Shown piece after piece: positions 56,478-64,000 of a stretch of 64,000 nucleotides of DNA (position 1 is its first letter; each line of letters opens with the position of its first letter). The notes below the pieces were generated by a model that did no database searches, was not told where the DNA came from, and worked only from the letters and a program-made list of their open reading frames with translations. Made by a program: the position numbers and the translations under genes. This stretch comes from an uncultured Gemmatimonadaceae bacterium (GTDB lineage Bacteria > Gemmatimonadota > Gemmatimonadetes > Gemmatimonadales > GWC2-71-9): NCBI GenBank assembly GCA_964638035.1, contig CAZWXD010000006.1:274-64273 (forward strand), in the 5' to 3' direction.

Positions 56478-56590
56478 CTTGAGCAGCGCAATCCCTCCCG
56501 GGGGGCGGACGCCCTATCTTACACAGGGGATCGTGGGGGATCACGGGGCGCCGAATGCCGGACGCTGGCGTTGCGCCGAAGCGAGGAATC

Positions 56591-57292
56591 ATGCGGAGCT
56601 ACTGGCTGCGGGTCGTGCTTGGGGCCCTGGGCATCTTCATCGCGGGGATGCTCGTGTGGAACCTTGTGCGGGAGGGCAGGGACCGGGTGGTGGACGTGGT
56701 CAACAGCGATCGCCCCATCAGCATTCCCCTTGCGTTCGTGCCGTTCACCCTCGATGGGCAGGTGCTCGGGACACTGCGCCGGGTGGAGGTGCTGCGATCG
56801 AGCCCGGAACAGGTCAGTGGCGTGAACTTCACCGTCAGGTTGGCGGACTCGGTGACCGATGAGCGCCTGGCCGGCTGTGTCCTCGTGGCGCGGGATGACC
56901 TCGACCACCTGAACCCCGGTCGCGCCTTCAGCTGCGTGCCGGCGGGCGACACCGTGGGCCGGAACCTGGCGCCCATCGGGCACGTGGAGACCCAGCGTGG
57001 GGGGCAGTTCCTCCTGCTGGCTCGCGCCGGGACGCTGGACAGCCTGCGCCTGCACCTGGGCCCCGACCATGGCCAGCACCTCGCGGACTCGCTGGCCCAG
57101 GCATCGGCCGATTCCATTGAACAGGTGGCCGATTCCATCGAGGCATTCGCCGACTCCATCGCCGCGGCGGGCTCGCAACGCGCGGACTCCATCCGCGAGG
57201 CCGCCTCGACCATGCGTGACAGCATCCAGCGCGAGGTGCAGGGGCAGGTGCGCCGGGCGCGCGAGAAGGCGCGGAGGCCTGCGGCGCCGTGA
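56591..57292 (+). CDS. Hypothetical N-terminally membrane-anchored protein with a C-terminal (A/R)DS(I/L) repeat helix
   Basis: RBS GAGGAA before ATG 56591. TM helix [20 protein letters not shown]. Repeat block [49 protein letters not shown]. Stop overlaps the trpG/pabA start (GTGA). Confidence 0.6.
   Translation: MRSYWLRVVLGALGIFIAGMLVWNLVREGRDRVVDVVNSDRPISIPLAFVPFTLDGQVLGTLRRVEVLRSSPEQVSGVNFTVRLADSVTDERLAGCVLVARDDLDHLNPGRAFSCVPAGDTVGRNLAPIGHVETQRGGQFLLLARAGTLDSLRLHLGPDHGQHLADSLAQASADSIEQVADSIEAFADSIAAAGSQRADSIREAASTMRDSIQREVQGQVRRAREKARRPAAP
57083..57229 (+). repeat. In-frame degenerate tandem repeat (about 21-33 nt period) encoding (A/R)DS(I/L) motifs
   Basis: GCCGATTCCAT(T/C)GA-type units recur. 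Motif starts are spaced 8, 7, 7, 11 and 11 residues apart. Confidence 0.6.
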
Positions 57293-57912
57293 GCGCGCTG
57301 TTCGTCCTCGACAACTACGACAGCTTCACCTGGAACCTGGTGCAGCAGGCCGGTGAGTTGGGTGCCACGCCCGTCGTGCACCGGAACGATGCGCTGTCAG
57401 TTGACGAGGTGCTGCGCCTCGCACCGGCGGCGATCATCATTTCTCCCGGGCCCGGCACGCCCGCCGATGCCGGCATCTCGCTCGCCCTGGCTCGCGAGGC
57501 CGTGTCGCGGAGGATCCCCCTGCTGGGCGTGTGCCTGGGGCACCAGGCCATTGGCGAGGCCCTGGGCGGGAGGGTGGTCCGGGCCGGCCGCCTCATGCAC
57601 GGCAAGACCACCAGCATCGAGCATCGTGGCACCGGCATCCTGGCCGGCCTCCCCTCACCCATGCGGGTGATGCGGTACCACTCCCTGGTCGTCGCGCCAG
57701 AGTCGGTGCCGGATGACCTCGAGGTGACGGCCTGGTCTGCCGACCGGCCAGCCGGGGATGAGGTCATGGCGGTGCAGCATCGAGCGGCCCCGGTGTTCGG
57801 TGTGCAGTTCCATCCGGAATCGGTGGGAACGGAGCACGGCCGCCCACTCCTGGCCAACTTCCTCGTGTTGGCCGGCCTGCTCCCGGCGGCGCCCCGGGCC
57901 GCAGCCGCCTAA
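57289..57912 (+). CDS. Glutamine amidotransferase of anthranilate/aminodeoxychorismate synthase (component II)
   Basis: [30 protein letters not shown]. The partner component I gene is not in the window, so TrpG versus PabA is unresolved. Confidence 0.9.
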   Translation: MSALFVLDNYDSFTWNLVQQAGELGATPVVHRNDALSVDEVLRLAPAAIIISPGPGTPADAGISLALAREAVSRRIPLLGVCLGHQAIGEALGGRVVRAGRLMHGKTTSIEHRGTGILAGLPSPMRVMRYHSLVVAPESVPDDLEVTAWSADRPAGDEVMAVQHRAAPVFGVQFHPESVGTEHGRPLLANFLVLAGLLPAAPRAAAA

Positions 57913-57973
57913 CCTGCTTGCCTGCTTTACGATAGCCCCCCTCACGTACCAGGATTTTCCGGCGGCACAACTT

Positions 57974-60627
<2,654 letters not shown>

Positions 60628-60631
<4 letters not shown>

Positions 60632-61194
60632 ACGCTCCCGCGCTGGACCCGGGACGCGCGCGCGCAGTGGAACTGGTCGTGCTCGACGTGGACGGCGTGA
60701 TGTCGGACAACGGCATCTACATCGGCGCGGTGCAGGGCGAGCGCGTCGAGTTCAAGCGATTCCACGCCCATGACGGGGTCGGGATGCACCTGTTGCGGCT
60801 GGCGGGCATCCCGGTGGCGTGGCTCACCGGGCGCGTGTCCCCCGCCACGGCGCTCAGGGCCGAGGAACTGGCGATCGACGAGGTGATCCAGGGGACCGGC
60901 TCCCACAAGGACGAGGCATGCGCGGCGCTGCTGGCGCGGCGCGGGCTCGGCTGGGAGCAGGTGCTCTTCATGGGCGACGACCTGACCGACGTGCCGCTGC
61001 TCCGCCGCGTGGGCCTGCCCATTTCGGTGCCGAACGCCGTCGCGGAGGCCCGTGCCGCCGCCCACTGGATGACACGGTCACCGGGGGGGCACGGCGCCGT
61101 GCGGGAGATGTGCGAGGCGCTGCTCCACGCACGGGGGGTATGGGAGGAGGTTTGTGGGCGCTACTACGGCGAACACCGTGACGACACCGCCTGA
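60628..61194 (+). CDS. kdsC: KDO-8-phosphate phosphatase (HAD family)
   Basis: VLDVDGVMSDNGIY (HAD motif I), FMGDDLTDVP. GTGA overlap with kdsA. Confidence 0.88.
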
Positions 61195-62140
61195 GGCCCT
61201 CCTGGCCACCGGCCGGCGCGTCCTCGAGTTGGAGGCCGCGGCGATCGCGCGCGCGGCGACCCGGCTGGACACGACCTTCGCCCAGGCAGTGGCGCTGCTG
61301 CAGGACGCGCGAGGTCGTGTCATCGTGACCGGCATCGGGAAGTCGGGGCTCATTGCACGGAAGATTGCCGCCACCTTCACCTCCACGGGCACCCCGTCAT
61401 CCTACCTCCACCCAGTGGACAGCCTGCATGGCGACCTGGGCATCGTGGGCCGCGAGGACGTGGCCGTGGTGTTGAGCAAGAGCGGCGAGTCGGAGGAGCT
61501 CACCGGCCTCATCGTGGCGCTCCAGCGGATGAACGTGCCGATGATTGCCATCACCGCCGCCGCCGACTCCTTCCTCGGCCGGGCGGCACGCGTGTGCCTG
61601 GACGCCTCGGTGCGGGAGGAGGCGTGCCCCCACGACCTGGCACCCACCACCAGCACCGCCGTGGCGCTGGCGCTGGGCGACGCCCTCGCGATGGCGCTCC
61701 TGGAGGCGCGCGGCTTCGGGCCGCAGGATTTCGCCGTGCTGCACCCCGGGGGGAGCCTGGGCCGCCGCCTGCTCCTCCGGGTGCGCGACGTGATGGTTCC
61801 CCCCGCGGGCAACGTCACCCCTGCCACGCCCATGCGGGAAGTGGCCGTGACCCTGGCCAGGCACCGGGGCATGGCGACGGTGACCGAGGGTGACGCGCTC
61901 GTGGGTGTCTTCACGGCTGGCGACTTCACCCGCCTGGCCCAGCATGGGGGCGACTGGTTCGGGACCCCGGTGGGCGAGGTCATGACCCGGCAGCCCAGGG
62001 TCTCCGCCCCGGACGAGTTCGCCGGGGCCGCCGTTGCCGTCATGGAGCGGCATGGCATCCTGGTGCTGCCGGTCCTCGACGGGACGAAGCTGGTCGGTGT
62101 GGTGCACCTGCACGACCTCATGCTGGCCGGGGCCGTGTGA
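61154..62140 (+). CDS. kdsD: Arabinose-5-phosphate isomerase (KpsF/GutQ family: SIS domain plus CBS pair)
   Basis: VTGIGKSGLIARKIAATFTSTGTPS SIS motif and a C-terminal CBS pair (VLPVLDGTKLVGVVHLHDL). GTG 61154 preceded by GGGAGGAGG. Confidence 0.9.
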   Translation: MGATTANTVTTPPEALLATGRRVLELEAAAIARAATRLDTTFAQAVALLQDARGRVIVTGIGKSGLIARKIAATFTSTGTPSSYLHPVDSLHGDLGIVGREDVAVVLSKSGESEELTGLIVALQRMNVPMIAITAAADSFLGRAARVCLDASVREEACPHDLAPTTSTAVALALGDALAMALLEARGFGPQDFAVLHPGGSLGRRLLLRVRDVMVPPAGNVTPATPMREVAVTLARHRGMATVTEGDALVGVFTAGDFTRLAQHGGDWFGTPVGEVMTRQPRVSAPDEFAGAAVAVMERHGILVLPVLDGTKLVGVVHLHDLMLAGAV

Positions 62141-62787
62141 GCGCCGGGACGCGGGCAGGCGCCCGCCTCGTGGCCTTCGCAGCCCTGGTGGCGAGCGGGT
62201 GCGGGGCCAGTGGTGCCAAGCCCACGACCATCGTGGCGATGACCGACACGGCCGACCAGGTGCTCTACGGATTCCGGCACTACGTCACGCGGGACGGCGT
62301 GCGTGAGAGCGAGATGGAAGCCGACACTGCGTTCTTCTACGACCCGACCCAGACCACCGTGCTCCGGAACATGCGGCTGGTGTTCATCGACTCGAGCGGT
62401 GCGCCGCGCGCCACCATCACGTCGCGCGTGGGCCGCTACCAGTGGCAGAAGGGTGGCCTGGTGGCGGAGAGCTCGGTGGTGCTCCGCACGCCCGATGGGA
62501 AGGAACTGCGCTCCGAACGCCTGGTGTTCGACGCCGAGAAGAACCAGATGTCCACCGACCTGCCCTTCACCTTCAACAACAAGGGCGAACACGTCGAGGG
62601 GCAGGGGTTCATCTCCGACATGAAGTTCGGCAACATCGTGGCCAAGTCGCCAAGGGGCGTGGCCGGCGAGAGCATGCTCCTGCCGGGAGAAACGGCGGGG
62701 CCGGACGGTGATGCGGCCCCGCCCGCCGCGCGTGCGCCCGTCACGGCCGACGCCCCGGCCATGCCGGACACCGGGGCACGGCCGTGA
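62137..62787 (+). CDS. lptC: LptC-like LPS export protein, possibly lipid-anchored
   Basis: Position between kdsD and an OstA-like gene. N-terminal hydrophobic segment ending in Cys (LVASGC). LptC-like pattern (EMEADTAFFYD...LRSERLVFDAEKNQMSTDLPFTF). Confidence 0.65.
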   Translation: MSAGTRAGARLVAFAALVASGCGASGAKPTTIVAMTDTADQVLYGFRHYVTRDGVRESEMEADTAFFYDPTQTTVLRNMRLVFIDSSGAPRATITSRVGRYQWQKGGLVAESSVVLRTPDGKELRSERLVFDAEKNQMSTDLPFTFNNKGEHVEGQGFISDMKFGNIVAKSPRGVAGESMLLPGETAGPDGDAAPPAARAPVTADAPAMPDTGARP

Positions 62788-64000
62788 GGCCCTGGGTGGG
62801 CGGCGCCCTCATCCTCCTGCTTCCCTCGGTCGTGGGAGCGCAGGAGAACCGACGCTGCCGCTTCCGGCTCTCCTTCGTGGGCGACAGCGGCCGGCAGGTG
62901 CAGTCGTCCGACGGGGTGAACTACTTCGCGGGCGGCGGGGTGGTCATCACCTGTGACGGGACGGCCATCGTGATGAAGAGCGACAGCGTGGCGGCGTACG
63001 CGGCGCGCGTCGTCCAGTTCATCAACAACGTGTCCTTCCGCGACTCGTCCGTCACGCTCACGGCCGACAATGGCACCTACTTCAAGGATGGCGAGCGGTG
63101 GGAAGCGCGCGGGCACGTGGTGACGACGAATCGTGGCACCGGCTCCTCCCTGACGGGCCCGAGCCTGGACTACTTCCGGGCGGTCACGGGGCTTCGTGAC
63201 ACGGCCGAGGTCTTCGCGCCGGGGCGGCCGACCATCCGCTACATCACGAAGGACAAGGCCGGCACGGCGCAGGAGCCCTATGTGATCGTGGGCGACCGGG
63301 CCCGCATGAAGGGTGACGACCAGGTGTGGGCCGGTGGCACGGTCACGGTGGACCGGAGCGACCTCGCCACCCGCAGCGACAGCCTGCTGCTTCGCACCGG
63401 GAAGGCGGGTTCGGGGCTCCTCCTGGGCGGGGAGCCGAGCCTCCGTGCCATGGGCAAGGATACGCTCGACCTGACTGGCCGCCGGATCGACTTCACCCTC
63501 GATGACCGGAAGCTCACCGGCGTCCGCTCCAGCGACTCCGCGCATGCGGTCACGCGGCAGCTCGACCTCGTGGCCGATACCATCACCATCGCACTCCGGG
63601 ATGAGAAGGTCGAGCGCACCGAGGCCTGGGGCTCCCGGCGCCGGGCGGTCGCCGTGAACCCGGAGTATGAGCTGCGGGCCGACTCCCTCGTGGTGGACTC
63701 GCCCGGCCAGGAACTCAGGGAAGTGCGGGGGTTCGGCGCCGCCTGGGCGGGGTTCCGGGCCGACTCCACGGCGACCGAGCCCGACTGGATCACGGGTGAC
63801 ACGGTGGTGATCCGGTTCGCGCGGGTTACGGGAGCCGACGCCGCCGACTCCGCGAAGACCCGGGTCGTCGCGGTCGAGGCCCGCGGGACCGCCAGGTCGT
63901 TCTACCGGGTCGTGGACAAGGACTCGCCGGCGGCTAAGCCGGGGCTCAACTATGCCCGGGCCGATCGCATCGTGATCAGCATGCGCACCGCGGGCGACGA
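62784..64000 (+). CDS. Long OstA/LptA-like periplasmic protein, 3' end beyond the window
   Basis: GTG 62784 overlaps the lptC stop. Translated by hand: VRPWVGGALILLLPSVVGAQ signal peptide, then repeated OstA-like beta-jellyroll-type segments. No stop for 405 codons, and it is absent from the ORF track because it is open-ended. Confidence 0.6.
   Translation, partial: MRPWVGGALILLLPSVVGAQENRRCRFRLSFVGDSGRQVQSSDGVNYFAGGGVVITCDGTAIVMKSDSVAAYAARVVQFINNVSFRDSSVTLTADNGTYFKDGERWEARGHVVTTNRGTGSSLTGPSLDYFRAVTGLRDTAEVFAPGRPTIRYITKDKAGTAQEPYVIVGDRARMKGDDQVWAGGTVTVDRSDLATRSDSLLLRTGKAGSGLLLGGEPSLRAMGKDTLDLTGRRIDFTLDDRKLTGVRSSDSAHAVTRQLDLVADTITIALRDEKVERTEAWGSRRRAVAVNPEYELRADSLVVDSPGQELREVRGFGAAWAGFRADSTATEPDWITGDTVVIRFARVTGADAADSAKTRVVAVEARGTARSFYRVVDKDSPAAKPGLNYARADRIVISMRTAGD

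Overview
This is a very GC-rich, gene-dense chromosomal window. Third codon positions are almost always G/C, which produces many long spurious antisense and alternate-frame ORFs. I support about 60 protein-coding genes, all on the + strand except four (dcd and a three-gene ABC operon). Many are joined by 1-4 nt start/stop overlaps (ATGA/GTGA), which suggests long translationally coupled operons.

The content is overwhelmingly core metabolism:
- An LPS heptosyltransferase fragment, an LMW phosphatase, aroE and comF.
- gap-pgk-tpiA-secG, then carA and an HU/IHF-like gene.
- moaD-moaE, a sensor HD-GYP protein, moaA and trmL.
- mdh-sdhCAB.
- A small cluster of secreted proteins and lipoproteins of unknown function, then dcd.
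- A complete 14-gene nuoA-N operon.
- A phosphomannomutase and a UPF0182-like membrane protein.
- sucCD-ndk and yceD-rpmF-plsX-fabHDG-acpP-fabF.
- Futalosine-pathway genes mqnE-mqnA-mqnC, then ispF.
- A DedA/TerB-like fusion and xerD.
- An ABC ATPase, a polytopic permease and a DUF1460-like secreted protein (reverse strand).
- A repeat-containing membrane protein followed by trpG/pabA.
- pyrG-kdsA-kdsC-kdsD-lptC and a long LptA-like gene that runs off the window end.

Gene content points to a diderm organism with LPS that makes menaquinone through futalosine. It could be Gemmatimonadota-like, but I cannot verify that.

I found no rRNA, tRNA, CRISPR array, transposase, prophage or recognisable defence system. 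I do not see a clear novel system. The candidates most worth a second look are:
- the HD-GYP gene embedded in the moa operon;
- the ABC/DUF1460 operon and its divergent neighbour;
- the secreted-protein cluster at 17.2-20.4 kb;
- the DedA-TerB-like fusion;
- a Rex-like operator at the nuo promoter;
- the long structured pyrG leader.

All family assignments come from motifs read by eye in the supplied translations. No database search was run.
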